Origin: Selaginella moellendorffii
Taxonomy: Eukaryota > Plantae > Lycopodiophyta
NCBI RefSeq assembly: GCF_000143415.4
Contig: NW_003314296.1
Coordinates: 1,463,858 to 1,527,857, forward strand
Length of the DNA stretch: 64,000 bases
Direction of reading: 5' to 3'
Shown here piece by piece: positions 11,350 to 23,781 of this stretch (its first letter is position 1; the number at the start of each line of letters is the position of its first letter). Under the pieces are notes generated by a model that was not told the DNA's origin, did not search any database, and saw nothing but the letters and a program-made list of their open reading frames with translations. A program made the position numbers and the translations under genes.

Positions 11350-13833
11350 ATGGAGTGTAACAAAGATGATGCTGTCAAGGCAGCCGAACTCGCCGAGAAG
11401 AAGTATATGCAGCAGGACTTCGTCGCCGCGAGGAAGTTTTGCAACAAGGCCTTGCAGCTCTACCCGAGCCTGGAGCGTGCCAAGCAGATGCTCGCAGTGG
11501 TGGAAGTCCATGCCGCTGCTCATCACTCTCACATCGGGCTCGAGGACTGGTACGCGGTCTTGCAAGTGGATCCCTGTGCGGACGAGGCGACCATCAGGAA
11601 GCAGTACCGGAAGATGGCACTTATGCTCCATCCGGACAAGAACAGGGTGGTCGGAGCGGAGCCGGCTTTCAAGATTATCAACGAGGCCTGGATGGTTCTC
11701 TCGGACAAGAACAAGAAGATCATGTATGACGTGAAGAGGAGCTCTCGAATAAAGAAGCCGGAGAATGGAAGATATGCTACTGAACAGCCTTCTTGCTCAA
11801 CTCAGCCAGAGGCTCCTGCGACGACTGCTCCTGCAACTACTCCAGATCCTCCCCCGTCGCCGCCACCGCCTCCTCCGCCTCCTAGTGCGAATACCCAGCA
11901 AACTTTTTGGACGCAGTGCCCGAACTGCAAGATTCAGTACCAGTACTACAGGAAGTTTGAGAACTATCAGCTGCTTTGTCACCGCTGCCAAACGGGGTTC
12001 ATCGCCACTGATATCGGAACTCCTCCGGTGGAAACGTCGACGTGGCCTGCGAAGGCAGCGAAGAAGAAGACCACCAATGGGGCCAATGGAGTTAACGGAG
12101 AGAGCAGTGCTTTCCAGCAGATGCAGCAAAGGGCCAGGGAGCGAGAGGAAAAGAGGCGAGAGGAGGAGAGGAAGAAGGCGGAGAGGGAGAGGGAGCGAGA
12201 AGAGAAGAGGAGGCTCAAGGAGGCGTTGAAGAAGGCTAAAGAGGAGGACCGGCGAAGAGAGTTGCTCGAGAAGCAGCTGACGAAGCTGAGGGAGAAAGAG
12301 GAGAAAGAGGCGAGGAAGAAGAATATGGAGGCCCTTAGAAAGAAACTTAAGAAGAGTAGGGTGGAGGAAGAGGACGATGATGACGACGATGACGACGAAG
12401 ATGAGGAAAGTGACGAGGCTAGAAACGCTGAGGAGAGTGTACCTCCTGAGATCCTGAGGTTCGGCTTGCGGAGATCTAACAGAGCCAGGAAGAATGTCAC
12501 GTATAGAGACGACGACTATGATGACGAAGATGGTGACGGGCACCCGAGTAAGAGAGCCAGGATGGAGGAGGCGAAGCTCTCTCCGGACCAAGTACTGCTC
12601 CGGCAGGAGCTGGCCGTAAAAGGAAGGCAACACGTTTTGGAAGCGCTGAGAGTGATCAGGGAGGTCGCAGTTAAGAGCAGCTTAGCACCAGAAAGTGCGA
12701 AGGCAACCTCAAAAGCAGTGGAGCCTTGTGTGGTGCCACAAAGCATCCCTTCTACGGAGAGTATACCGACGAAGAAACCTCCCGAGAATGCAAATGTTGC
12801 CGCCAAGACTTCGCCACATCTCCGGCCGTGCGAAAAATCCGAGAACAACGTCTCAGTTACCGAGAGCGTCTTGCCAGCGAAGGACTCCACGAGCAGTAAG
12901 AAGAACTTACTGCCGAAACAAGCTGAGCCCTGCGCTGCCGGAAGCAATCCAAGCTTGCAAGTAAAAGTCTCGACCGAGGAGGACAAGAAACGAGTCCAAG
13001 AGCGGCAACTCCAGGAAGAACCACGGCAGATAAATCCGGAGCTACAGCAGCAGCAGCACGAGGACGCGCACCGAACTCCAGCAAAGACGATGGAGGCACA
13101 GGAACCGGACTTGGAGCCGGCATCCCCCGAGGACGACAACGTCGAGGAGGAATCTCACTTCCTCGTCCCGGACCCCGACTTCTACAACTTCGACACGGAC
13201 AGGAAGGAGAGCTACGTCCGCGAGGGACAAGTGTGGGCTCTGTACGACGACACGGACGGCATGCCGCGCTTCTACTGCGAGATCAAGCAGCTGGTCTCGC
13301 TCAACCCGTTCAAAGTCCGGCTGCGCTGGCTGGAGCGCTACGTGATCTCGGACGAGGCGGACGAGTGGGAGGCGGCCGGGTTCACGGTGACTTGCGGCCA
13401 GTTCAAGTGCAAGAGGAAGACCGAGACGGAGGCTCACTTCAACAAGTTCTCGCACCTGATGCAAGTGGACAGGATTCATGCCAACGTCGTGAGCGTGTAT
13501 CCAAAGCAGGGAGAGATCTGGGCCGTGTACAAGGATTGGAGCTTGAAGCTTCGGCCGGACAAAGTTTCGTATGAGATGGTGGAGGTGGTGAGCTCGTATG
13601 TGGAGGCGGCGGGGTTGACGGCGGTGTCGCTGATCAAGGTGGAGGGATACAAGACCATCTTTGCCAGAGGGGCCGGGAGCTTGCGGAGCTTTCGCAGCAA
13701 GGACTTGCTGAGGTTCTCGCACAAGGTGCCGGCGCACTGGATGATCGGGACTGAGAAGCTCAATGCTCCGCACAGCTGCTGGGAGCTCGACACTGCCGCG
13801 ACGCCATCGCATTTGATCTTCGTTAACAGATGA
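11350..13833 (+). CDS. DnaJ (J-domain) protein with C4 Zn-finger, coiled coil and C-terminal DUF3444, 827 aa
   Basis: MECNKDDA N-terminus, HPDKN J-domain, TFWTQCPNC..CHRC, and DUF3444 motifs PDPDFYNFD, GQVWALYDDTDGMPRFY, YPKQGEIWAVYKDW and CWELDTAA. Confidence 0.93.
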   Translation: MECNKDDAVKAAELAEKKYMQQDFVAARKFCNKALQLYPSLERAKQMLAVVEVHAAAHHSHIGLEDWYAVLQVDPCADEATIRKQYRKMALMLHPDKNRVVGAEPAFKIINEAWMVLSDKNKKIMYDVKRSSRIKKPENGRYATEQPSCSTQPEAPATTAPATTPDPPPSPPPPPPPPSANTQQTFWTQCPNCKIQYQYYRKFENYQLLCHRCQTGFIATDIGTPPVETSTWPAKAAKKKTTNGANGVNGESSAFQQMQQRAREREEKRREEERKKAEREREREEKRRLKEALKKAKEEDRRRELLEKQLTKLREKEEKEARKKNMEALRKKLKKSRVEEEDDDDDDDDEDEESDEARNAEESVPPEILRFGLRRSNRARKNVTYRDDDYDDEDGDGHPSKRARMEEAKLSPDQVLLRQELAVKGRQHVLEALRVIREVAVKSSLAPESAKATSKAVEPCVVPQSIPSTESIPTKKPPENANVAAKTSPHLRPCEKSENNVSVTESVLPAKDSTSSKKNLLPKQAEPCAAGSNPSLQVKVSTEEDKKRVQERQLQEEPRQINPELQQQQHEDAHRTPAKTMEAQEPDLEPASPEDDNVEEESHFLVPDPDFYNFDTDRKESYVREGQVWALYDDTDGMPRFYCEIKQLVSLNPFKVRLRWLERYVISDEADEWEAAGFTVTCGQFKCKRKTETEAHFNKFSHLMQVDRIHANVVSVYPKQGEIWAVYKDWSLKLRPDKVSYEMVEVVSSYVEAAGLTAVSLIKVEGYKTIFARGAGSLRSFRSKDLLRFSHKVPAHWMIGTEKLNAPHSCWELDTAATPSHLIFVNR

Positions 13834-14252
13834 TAGAGGAGTGGATCTCTTGGAGGAGGAGGGGGACGAGAGGAGGTTCTTTGCAACACTGTTTTTCTTT
13901 TACGTTTCTAAGTTACAGGATTCTATTCCGCAGGGAGTTAAGGCAATTTTCAAGCGCTCGAGTGGTAAGCAGCAGTGGGAAATTTTTTTCTTTCTCATGG
14001 ATGGATTTTCGTGCTCTTTTCTTCTCAGATGTTATACATTAGCAGCAAGCCTTCAGGAAAACTCTTCAAGGTCTTGGAGGAGGCCGTATTTATGTCAGTG
14101 GGACGACACACTAAACAAAGAAATTTTTTGGCTTAGAAAGCATTTCACTGATTTAAGCCGAGTATGACATCCTTCCTATCACTCCTATCATTTTTTCTTG
14201 TAACCATGCAATAATAGAATGTAACCAAAGCTTATATGCACACTACCTTTTG

Positions 14253-15235
14253 CTATAGAATGAACGCTAGCAAGCCGCTGCCTAGCAGCACCACGATCAC
14301 CGCCACCAAGCTTAGATACAGCTTTCCATAGACTTGGCCTTTGCTTCTTCTCATGCTTAAATCCTTGCCTTTCCTCCTCTTGATTTCTCCTGGTTTTCCT
14401 CGGTTCCTTCCTCTTGCTTAATCCTGGGTTCTCTCCTTCTTTCTCCCCCCTATCTTGCTTAATCCTGGCTTCTCTCTTTTCCATATTTCTTCTCACTTCC
14501 TCAACCCTGGCTTCTTTCCTCCCAACTCCTCCTGGCTTCTCTTCCTCTCTCTCCATCTCCTCATCGTTTCTGCCCACCACTCCGCCGCCACCTCCTTCCT
14601 CTTCCTGCTCTGGAAGCCCATGGAAGGTGGTAAAGATCCACCCCGAGAAACGTCCACTGGCAGCGGAAACAGAGCAGGATAGTGTTCTCGAGCGTCCTAT
14701 TGCACCACCACTGCATCTTGCAGAATGGGCACTGCGTCACGAAAGTTGGAGTGGCGTAAGGTGGTGGCGGTGGCGGCGGTGGCGGAGGAGGACGAGGAGG
14801 AGGACTCACACCGCTAGAAGTAAAAGGGAGTGAGCTCCTGATGCTGTCATAGATCATCTTCTTGTTCTTGTCCGAGAGAAGCGTCCAGGCCTCGTTGACG
14901 AGCTTGAAAGCCTCCTCCGCTCCGTTCATCCTGTTCTTGTCCGGGTGGAGCACCAGTGCCATCTTCTTGTACTGCGTCCGTATGGTGGCATCGTCGGCGC
15001 GGGGATCCAGTCGCAAGATCGCGTACCAGTCGTGATCACCAATCCCGACCTGGGCCAAGAGAAGAGAATGGTGACGAGCCTCGGCGGCAGCGTGGACTTC
15101 CACCACCGCTAGCATCTGCTTGCCACGCTCTAGGCCGGGGTCGAGTTGCAAGGCCTTGACACATAACCTTCTTGCCGCTGGTATGTCATGGAACATAAAC
15201 AACTTCTCCGCAAGCTCTACTGCCTTGACAGCCAT
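14253..15235 (-). pseudogene. Frameshifted truncated paralog of the J-domain gene
   Basis: J-domain (HPDKN) and Zn-finger are intact, but the first residues (MECxNKDD) are lost. The charged repeat region and the hydrophobic tail (LVAVIVVLLGSGLLAFIL*) lie in different frames. Confidence 0.7.
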
Positions 15236-15664
15236 CCCTAGGTTAATCCCTTTTTGGTAAATTTTTTGCTTTTTCTAAAGGGTATTAAAGGGTTTTTTTT
15301 TTTTCACTAGAAATGCTCGAAGAATTAAAAATCCACTCGTGAAGTATCAGATGGAGGAAGAGAATTTTCAGCAGGGAAACTGTTTATGAATCGATTCCTC
15401 TGCGCAACACAAACCACTGCAAACCCTACTTGTCAGATTTGTGTCGTCCCTTGCACGATCCAATTGTGCCAGACCTTAAATCCAATGGCCGCCGGGTGGA
15501 TTATTTATTTATTAAAAAACTTTTTAGTGAGTAACAATTGTTTTTTTTTCTTCTTCTTTTTTTTGTTTTCGTCTTGGCATAGTATATCTCTCACGAGACA
15601 TTAAAAAGGAAAATGTTTTGGCTTTAACACGAGTATATAATATCGCTAACTTAATCGCATATAT

Positions 15665-16900
15665 TCAAAGCTTGATAGATAGAATGAACACTACCAGAAT
15701 GAGCGCTAGCAGTAGTGCTGTGGGCAAGATGAATCCCTTGCCTAGAACTAGCAGCACCACGATCACCGCCACCAACCCTGCATTTCCATTTGTAGACTTG
15801 GCCCCTCCCTGCTTGGTCCTCTGATCCATCTCTGATTGCTTCCTGGTCTCTCTCTCCTTAATCCTGGCTTCTCTCCTCCTTTCCTCCTCTTGATTTATCC
15901 TGGCTTCTCTCCTCCTTTCCTCCTCCTGGTCATGCTTGATCCTTGCTTCTCTGTTCCTTTCCTCCTCCTGATCTTGATTTATCCTGGCTTCTCTCCTCCG
16001 TTCCTCCATCCTGGCTTCTCTCCTCCTTTCATCCTCCTCTTGTCTAATCCTGGGTTCTCTCCTTCTTTCCTCCTCCCTCTCCTTCATCCTCAGGAATTCT
16101 GCCCAAATATCCTCCTCCTCTTTAATCCTGGCTTCTCTCTTCCTTTCCTCCTCCCTCTCTCTCTCCATCCTCATGGTTTCCCACTCCATCTCCCGCCTCT
16201 TCATAGTAGCCTCTTCCTCTTGCCTCTGGTACCATGAATCGCTCCCTGGATAACCCCATGCAAGGTGGTGAAAGTCTACCACGATAAAATTCCGTAGGCA
16301 GCAAGCACAAAGCAGCACATAGTTCTCAAACGTCTTATAGTACCACCACTGCGCCATGCAGAATGGGCACTGCGCCACAAAAGTTGGAGTGCCATAAGGA
16401 GGTGGCTGCGGTGGTGGCGGTGTCCGAGGAGGAGGAGCACTCGCATCGTTAGAAGTAGAAGGGAGTGAGCTCCTGATGCTGTCATAGATCATCTTCTTGT
16501 TCTTGTCCGAGAGAATCGTCATGGCCTCGTTGACGAGCTTGATAGCCTCCTCCGCTCCATTCATCCTGTTCTTGTCCGGGTGGACCAAACGTGCCATCTT
16601 CCGGTACTGCGTCCGGATGCTATCATCGTCCGCGCGGGGATCCACTCCTAAGATCGCGTACCAGTCGTGATCACCAATCCCGAACAGATCGTTAGGCAAG
16701 ATTATTAGAGAATGGTGACGAATGGCGGCGGCAGCGTGGACTTCCACCACCGCTAGCATCTGCTTGCCACGCTCTAGGCCCGGGTCGAGTTGCAAGGCCC
16801 TGACACAAAAATCTTTCGCTGCTGCCAAGTCGTGGAGCATGAACTTCTTCTCTGCGAGATCGACTGCCTTGACAGCATCATCTTTGTTCAAGCATTCCAT
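15665..16900 (-). CDS. J-domain protein paralog: J + Zn-finger + charged repeats + C-terminal transmembrane hairpin, no DUF3444
   Basis: ATG at 16900 (MECLNKDDAVKA), HPDKN, CPFC..CACC, EEERRREARI repeats, and C-terminal GLVAVIVVLLVLGKGFILPTALLLALILVVFILSIKL. Confidence 0.8.
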   Translation of the reverse strand: MECLNKDDAVKAVDLAEKKFMLHDLAAAKDFCVRALQLDPGLERGKQMLAVVEVHAAAAIRHHSLIILPNDLFGIGDHDWYAILGVDPRADDDSIRTQYRKMARLVHPDKNRMNGAEEAIKLVNEAMTILSDKNKKMIYDSIRSSLPSTSNDASAPPPRTPPPPQPPPYGTPTFVAQCPFCMAQWWYYKTFENYVLLCACCLRNFIVVDFHHLAWGYPGSDSWYQRQEEEATMKRREMEWETMRMEREREEERKREARIKEEEDIWAEFLRMKEREEERRREPRIRQEEDERRREARMEERRREARINQDQEEERNREARIKHDQEEERRREARINQEEERRREARIKERETRKQSEMDQRTKQGGAKSTNGNAGLVAVIVVLLVLGKGFILPTALLLALILVVFILSIKL

Positions 16901-17551
16901 TCTATCTGGGCTAAGTTGTTTAATCACTAATCTCAAGAAATTTTATTCTATCTACTACCTGCATGGCTTCTGGATCCGTGAATCTCTTCCAGTTTTGTTG
17001 AGCCTGAGCCTGAGTAGAAGAAATTGGGCGGTGCCATTCGCAATAAGATGGAAAGTTTCAACACGGAATGCTTGTGACTGTCATCAGAATGACGATTTCT
17101 TAGAACTAGTATAGACGAATAAGGTCAGTAAATAATTATTATATCTTTTGAAAGGCAAAAATCTTCATGTTTTTGTTTTCAAATTTCTGCTGATACATCC
17201 TAGCAGGAACTTGGGCTCCCAAAAAAAAAGCAAAACAAATATACACACTCATCCCACTGGCCTTCAGCTCAAAAGGAAGTTTAAAGTCAATACAATACAA
17301 ACCCGTCAGCAACAACAGCGTCGTCCTCTTCTCGTCGGTGTCTCTCTCTCTTTTTTTTCATCCATCAGCGCGAAAAAAAAAACAAAAACAAAACAACAAC
17401 AGCAGCGATCAAGCAGCCAAGTTTAAAGTCAGCCGGGTAGCCTGCAAATCAGACTCGGAAGAAAAGCGAAGGAAGAACGCAAAAAAAAAGAGAGGAAGAG
17501 GAAGAAACAATGGGTGGGCTGGAAGCAGCAAAAATTACACTGGAGAGATCG

Positions 17552-20500
17552 CTACCGTGGGGAGCTCGAGGATGTTACAACGCTTGGAGGAGCAGCAGTG
17601 GCACTCGCGGTCACTGACGGATTACTAGAACCGTTCGTCGTTGGCCTTTGTGCTCCGCCATGGACTTGTCTTGGCTGCAAGAACAAAGATGGGCGATCGA
17701 ATATAAAAGAAGCAAACGATGAGAGCTATCTCCATTACCTGTACACCATGACTCAAACTTGGCACCGGCGTTCCTGGGAAAGATGGCGAGCTGGGAAGCA
17801 CCGAGGATGGCCTTGCCGCTCTCGTAGAATTCATCGTGTTCGTCGGGACAGGCACTGGCACTGGTAAGCTTTGCTGCTGCTGCTGCTGGACAGGCCTTTG
17901 AGCAGCACCACTTCCCTGCTGTTGCTGTGCCAGAGTTCTCCCATTCACAGCCGGGACAATACCGAGCTTCGCTGCTGTGCCAACTTGGTTTTGTGCCACT
18001 CCACCGTTTCCATTGGCACTGCCTTGGTTAGCGCCACCGCTGGTGCTCCTCGTTAGATTGTACATGCCGGGGAAGTTCTGGCCTGGTTTCCATGACCCCG
18101 CTGCGCTCGGAGCCAACGCTGCTTGAGGAGGCAATCCCGAGCTGCTGGTTCCAATGCTCATGGGACCACTGCCCGTGTTTGAGCCACCCAGCGGCTGCGT
18201 AGTGTTCTTCCCAGGGGCTTGTAGCGCACTGGCCTGTTTTTGCTGTGACTTTCTAGCCTGTGGAGCTTGCTGTGATTGTGGCTGCTGCTGCTGCTGCTGT
18301 TGTTGTTGTTGCTGCTGCTGCCTTCGTTGGATTTGAGCTTGCGTAGTCGTCGAAGCTGGCTGTTGAGAAGCTGGCGGTGCAGCAGCTGAAGTAGCCGGCG
18401 TAGTTTGCTGCTGCGGAGGTGGCGTCGACGGAGCTGCTGGCACCGGAGATGCTCCCTGCGGCGATTGCTTCTGAAGACTCTTTTGCTGCGAAGTTTGTCC
18501 AGCGGTGCCTTGCGTGAGTTGTCCCCCCTGGCTTTGTCCCGAAACCTTACCAGGCTGGCTCATGCTGGCTTGCTTCCCGGCTTGCTGCATCGCCAAACTT
18601 CTTTGTTGCGCTTGGCCAGCTTGAGCCGTTCCTGGCGGGCTTGGCAGCTGAGAGTTGGCTGTTTGCTGGCTCCCCGGCATCAGAGCTGAGTGTGTTGCGA
18701 CTCCCCGGCCGCTCGCGTTGTTCTTACCCACTTTGGATTGTTGCTGGACCTGCAAGAGCTGCTGCTGTTGGAAACTTGGTTGTTTTGTTAATGACTGCTT
18801 TTGTGTTGGTACCTGTACCTTTTGCTGGCCTGAGAGCTGTCCCATTTGTGCTGGCGTTGGCTGTTGCGGGTGTTGCGCTCCTGGCAACACCGGCGACTGC
18901 TGCTGCTGGCTCGGAGATAGCTGCTGCGCTTGCTGGGACGGGAGCAAAGGCTGCTGCTGCTGTGTCAACATTCCAAGCTGATGCTGCTGCAACAAGTTGT
19001 TTGGCTGCTGGAAAATTCTTTTTTGCTGCTGCTGCTGTTGCTGCTGCTGTTGTTGTCTTTCGTTGACCAAACGGACCGCTTGCAAATACTGCTGGTGCTG
19101 CTGCTGCTGGCTTTGCTGCTGCGGGCTCAAATGTTGCTGCTGTTGAGGTGCGAAACTTTGAGTTGGTGAAGAGACCATTGGATTGGAAAGGTTCATGTTG
19201 TTTGAACTTAGAGTGTTCAAAGCAGCAACTGCCTGAGGATTACCTTGAGCAGCTTGGTGCTGCAGCTCTTGGATAATATGCTGCTTTTGCTCCTCCGTGC
19301 AGCGGCCAGACTGTTTAAGAAGCATAAGAATGACGCAGCGGCATTAAGCGTGTCATGTCAACTGAAAGCTCTTACCCGGATCAGCTGAGTTGCGTCTCTT
19401 GCCCGTTTCATAAAATTCGCAGGGCTCGGTATACCACCTGCCATCATGGAACCTGACGCGGGCAAAGCAACTCCACCGGGAGGCATCAGTCCTGGTGAAG
19501 GTCCTGGTGGTATCATGCCCGGCATGGTTGGCCTCGGTAGCGACAAGCCGCCTCTGTTCAAGCCCATCAAGCCTGCTGTGTTACCAGAAGGTAGCATCGG
19601 CATTGAGCAGTCACTTGAATTTGGCAAACTTGCCATTGGCAAGTTACCAGGGGAGTTTGCTTGAGGTTGCAAGCTACGTCCCGTAACCATCCGAGTGTAC
19701 CGTAGCCTCTGCTCCTCTGCCGACAAGGGACGCATCGAAGCAGCCATCCTTTGAGCGTCTCTGAAATGCAGTTAAAGCGTTTAGAGGCCAACTGAAAATA
19801 AGTATGAACATCGAGAACAACATACCGTGCAGCAGCCGCGTTAATTGCAGCGGAGCCTGGAGAGACCATAGAACCCAGATGTGGGAGCAAAGGAAGACCA
19901 GCCGAGTTTGGTCGCAAGCCATTAGGTGCCATAACGCCTGGCATGTTGAGTCCCGGGTGCTGAGGCAGTGAATAGCCATGCGCAGGGATGTCTCCATTTG
20001 ACATCGGATGCTCGCAAAGATCCAAAGGACTAAATGCAAGACGAAAGTTAGTGAACGACGTTGAAAAGTTTTGCAGAGAATAATACCTGAGAGGCACACC
20101 GGACAGACTGAATTGAGATGCTGTACTTAAATGAGATGCGTGCACAGGTAAAAGTTCCTGGTTTTCTAACGTGTCGTTCTGCAAGAAAAAATAAAATTAC
20201 AATATAAACGTTAGGAAACCGGTACGTATCCAAGTGAGGAAAAACCTGTTGCTGCTTTGAGCGGTGAGCCTGCACAATATTCACAATCCGCTCAAGGTGC
20301 ACTTTTACAGTGTCTTCTTCCATCGGCCCCTGTAAACGTTGCAAGAAGACACGCGTACTTTGCTGCTGGGAAAAGAGATCGGGCACGAGTGAGAGATGCG
20401 GCAAAAGAGTGACCACGGTCACCTTCGGCATTGATGTTCCCGGCTCATCGTTGTCTCCATTATCATTGGATAATCTGTCCAAAAGAGACTTGTGTCTGTC

Positions 20501-23500
20501 TTTACAATCTTTTGGTTTCCGGAAAATGCCCTGTAAAGAACACTTTTGTTTGTTTCTTCGAAGGACTAGTGATGTTTACGTACCTTTAGCTGGGAGCTGG
20601 AGCTCAATACGTCACTTACAAGCTCCCAATTCGGACCAAGATCATGCACAAGTGCCAAAATTGCCTGAGAAAACAAGAGGTTTTTAGTAACTGTAAAAGG
20701 CTGAAAAACAATCCTAGACCTGATCCTCGGTAGCTGACCAGGGAATACCAACTCCTGGAGGATTGATTGACGACTGAATGAAGCCCTGTTTAGGAAACTA
20801 ATAAGCATAGAAAATAAACAAAAGTACAAGCCCATACCTTGGTCGCTTTGTTTCGCCGTATTCTATCACGAGCGCTATTTTGTCTCAAAATTTTACTCGA
20901 AGTGGTCAGGTTGAGACCGGTTGCTGAAGGCCCAGCTTCCGCAAAGTCAGGAGAATGCTTTGAAGATTTCAATTTCTTCATAGGATGCATACTGACAACA
21001 CCTTGTGACCCTGGTGTCCCAGGTGTATCTGCTCAAGAATAGTTAAGATCCACACACACACGGCAGAGAAAACCATACCATGCTCGGATGACAGTGGACT
21101 GTACTGGTCACTTTTGCGTTTGAGCTGGTCCTGCAATTTATGTTCAACATGGTTACCAATCCAGAAAAATCAAGAGTAGAAGGTAAAAAACGAACCTGTT
21201 CAAGCTGATTAAGTTCAGCGTCAGTCTGCAAGTACAACATCTATCAGGTAAGAAGAAACAAATCCTTCAAGTACGTACTTTTGAAAGATGAGAGTTCGAT
21301 ATAGCATCCGTTGAGAAGTCGGAGTGGAAAGCTTTCGTCTTCTTCTTCTTCTTGAACCGGAGAGAGCTTGTGCCCAGCCCACCCTTTCTCGGACCCACGG
21401 AGTCACCCTCACTAGCTCGGCTGTCAGGAAATCCAAGGAGGTCTTCCTGCTGGGAGTTCGTGGAAGCCGAGGACGCGTTCCCTCTGTGTGCACCAGGAGA
21501 CAATGTAGTCGACGCTGCACGTTGTCGAGCAACTACTGCTGATGTTCGCATGCGTTTCGTAGGAATAACTCCGATGGAACTAGCTGCACCAGCGGTAGGC
21601 CTTTTCGCGGGCGATGCGAGCCGATTACTCCCATCACAATAACCACCTTGTGACAGACCGTCGTAAGCTTTAGGTGTCTGCGCCTTGAGAATTCTCTTCC
21701 TCTTTTTCTTTGATATGGTCAAGTCACCCGGCATGTAGTGCATCCCGTAATCATCGTCAGGTAGCTTTGGTGATGTCCGACTACCAAACGACCTTGAATC
21801 GTCTCCATACAGGTCTAACTCAGAACACATGCCAGATAAACGTTGATCGTTGAGACTGTCCTGTAAAAGCTTCTCCTGCAGACAACAAACCACTGAGCAA
21901 CAAGAGTAGCAGTCCTACAGCGGCACTTACACTCACAAAAGCATCCCAGTTCTTCTCAATAGAAAGCCGGTAAGTCTCCAAGGCGCCGTCCGACACGATA
22001 AAAACCAAGCTTTCCTGCAAGGAGAATACTGTCAGCAAACAGTAAAATAACTACGTGACACGTACCTCGGGAAATTGCTCCATGAGAAACAAGCTATCCG
22101 GGACAAATTGAGGAGTTTTTGGCAGCTCTAAATCAGTTGACGCTCGCATGACATACTTGTGGATGGGACGACGCTTTTCCGTCGGCGCAGGACCATCTAC
22201 GTCCATAGGAACTGCTTCGCAATCATCATTTTTCTTGATGGACAACTCGTCAGGCTTTTGCGTCAAGGCAGCCGCTGACTGCCAATATCTTGTCACGATA
22301 TTTGCCAGTACATGCGCGATCCTCTTTTTGTTCTTCTTCAAATCAGTATCGGCAACCTTTGTCTGCTGCGACCGTTGAGCCGTCCAGCGGCAAACCTGTG
22401 CAGCAGCCGCTGTCTTCCACAAGCGCTCCTGTAATGAGACAGACTATTAAAATGAAGAGCACAAATGAAGTTCAAATTTTTACCTGCATAAAGTCATTAG
22501 CCATCCATGACATCTCTTCCAGAACAAAGTCCCAGTGCGATTTCTGCCTTGCTGGTTCAGAACCAGGCTTGTGTCTTGAAAACTCCATCGTATGTTTTTG
22601 GGCAGCCTTTGAAAGTAAACGGTAAGACAAAACGTAGATAAACAAAGAAGAGAGTACCTTGATAGTTTCAGCTGCCTCTAAGATCATATCTTCTTGCGCT
22701 TTCTCAGAAACTGGTTTCTGTTTGTCTGACGCTTCATTTTTCTGTACCGATGCATCCGTAGAAAGTCCCGAAGGGCACGGTTCTGAAGGCCGTGCTACAT
22801 CTCGAGTTTTATCGCCTTCGCTTTGTTCCTCTACTCCCTTCCCGTCTTGCTTAGCCTCCGCAGAACTTGCAGGGTTGATTTCTTCGTTTGTAGACTGTTC
22901 CATTGCTTTTTGTCTCGCATAGTCATCCGAAATGTCCTTGTTTTCTTTGCGTTCGTCTTGCACGCTTCCATCGTTTCCCGGTGAAACACAAGTTCCAACC
23001 TCTTGAACATCCGCAGAGCACGTTGGAGGGACTTGAAATCTACACATGGATGACTGATCCGTGTCGCAGGGAAGATACTTTGAAGCCGCGTGCCCATTGC
23101 CGAATTCCTTCTGCTTTAATTTTTTCGTAGACGTCTGATTCTTTCGTCCTTCAACCCCCAGAACCTCGTCGTGATCTCTGTGTTTAAAAACAGGCCCGTC
23201 ACTGACATGTCCAGGAGTCTCTGCCGAGCCGTTTTCAAGAACCTCTCCCGTCACACGGCAACTAGCAGTTTCCTGCTCTACGTATCTACCATTTTCGAGG
23301 GAAGAACAGTTTGTGTTTCGGGCACACAAGTCGTCTAGTTCACTGTAGCAAAGCATAAATTGTCTACACTCAAGAAGAGCTTAAGCGAGCTTGCTTACCT
23401 CGACAACACTTGAGCAGCAAAACGAGGTAGTAGCGACTCACCGAATTTATAATCTAGCGGATTTCCACCCTGTGTGACAAGGGACCACAACAAAAAATAG

Positions 23501-23781
23501 TTTTAGAGACAGTAGAACTCACAAGCTTAGTTACCTTTTCTAGGAAATCAAGCTCTTTGCTTAGCTCTTCTCTTACAGTCACTTCTAACCTGCGACAAAG
23601 CAAAAAGAAAAAAAAACGAACAAAGTTCATACACAAAGATAGAAAAACAAACAAAAAGAGCAGGGGAAAAAAAAAAAAAAAACAAACAGTACCTGAGTTC
23701 TGCCTGAGCTTTGTCTATGGCAGCTCGGCGGGGAGATGGTATGCTGTCTACGTTGGTTGCAGCACCAGATCCTCCGCCCAT
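17552..23781 (-). CDS. EAF1: Chromatin modification-related protein EAF1 (NuA4 scaffold), multi-exon; start may lie slightly upstream
   Basis: N-terminal SPRRAAIDKAQAELR...ELDFLEK, HSA domain QKSHWDFVLEEMSWMANDFMQ/ERLWKTAAA, SANT/Myb segment ALVHDLGPNWELVSDVL, and a Q-rich C-terminus. Short GT-AG introns; the last exon ends SSSPR* at 17552. Confidence 0.9.

Noticed and set aside
11797-13812. Long antisense ORFs over the DnaJ gene, and similar ones over MOT, SEC23 and EAF1
   Set aside because: Shadow ORFs of GC-rich coding sequence with no recognisable motifs.
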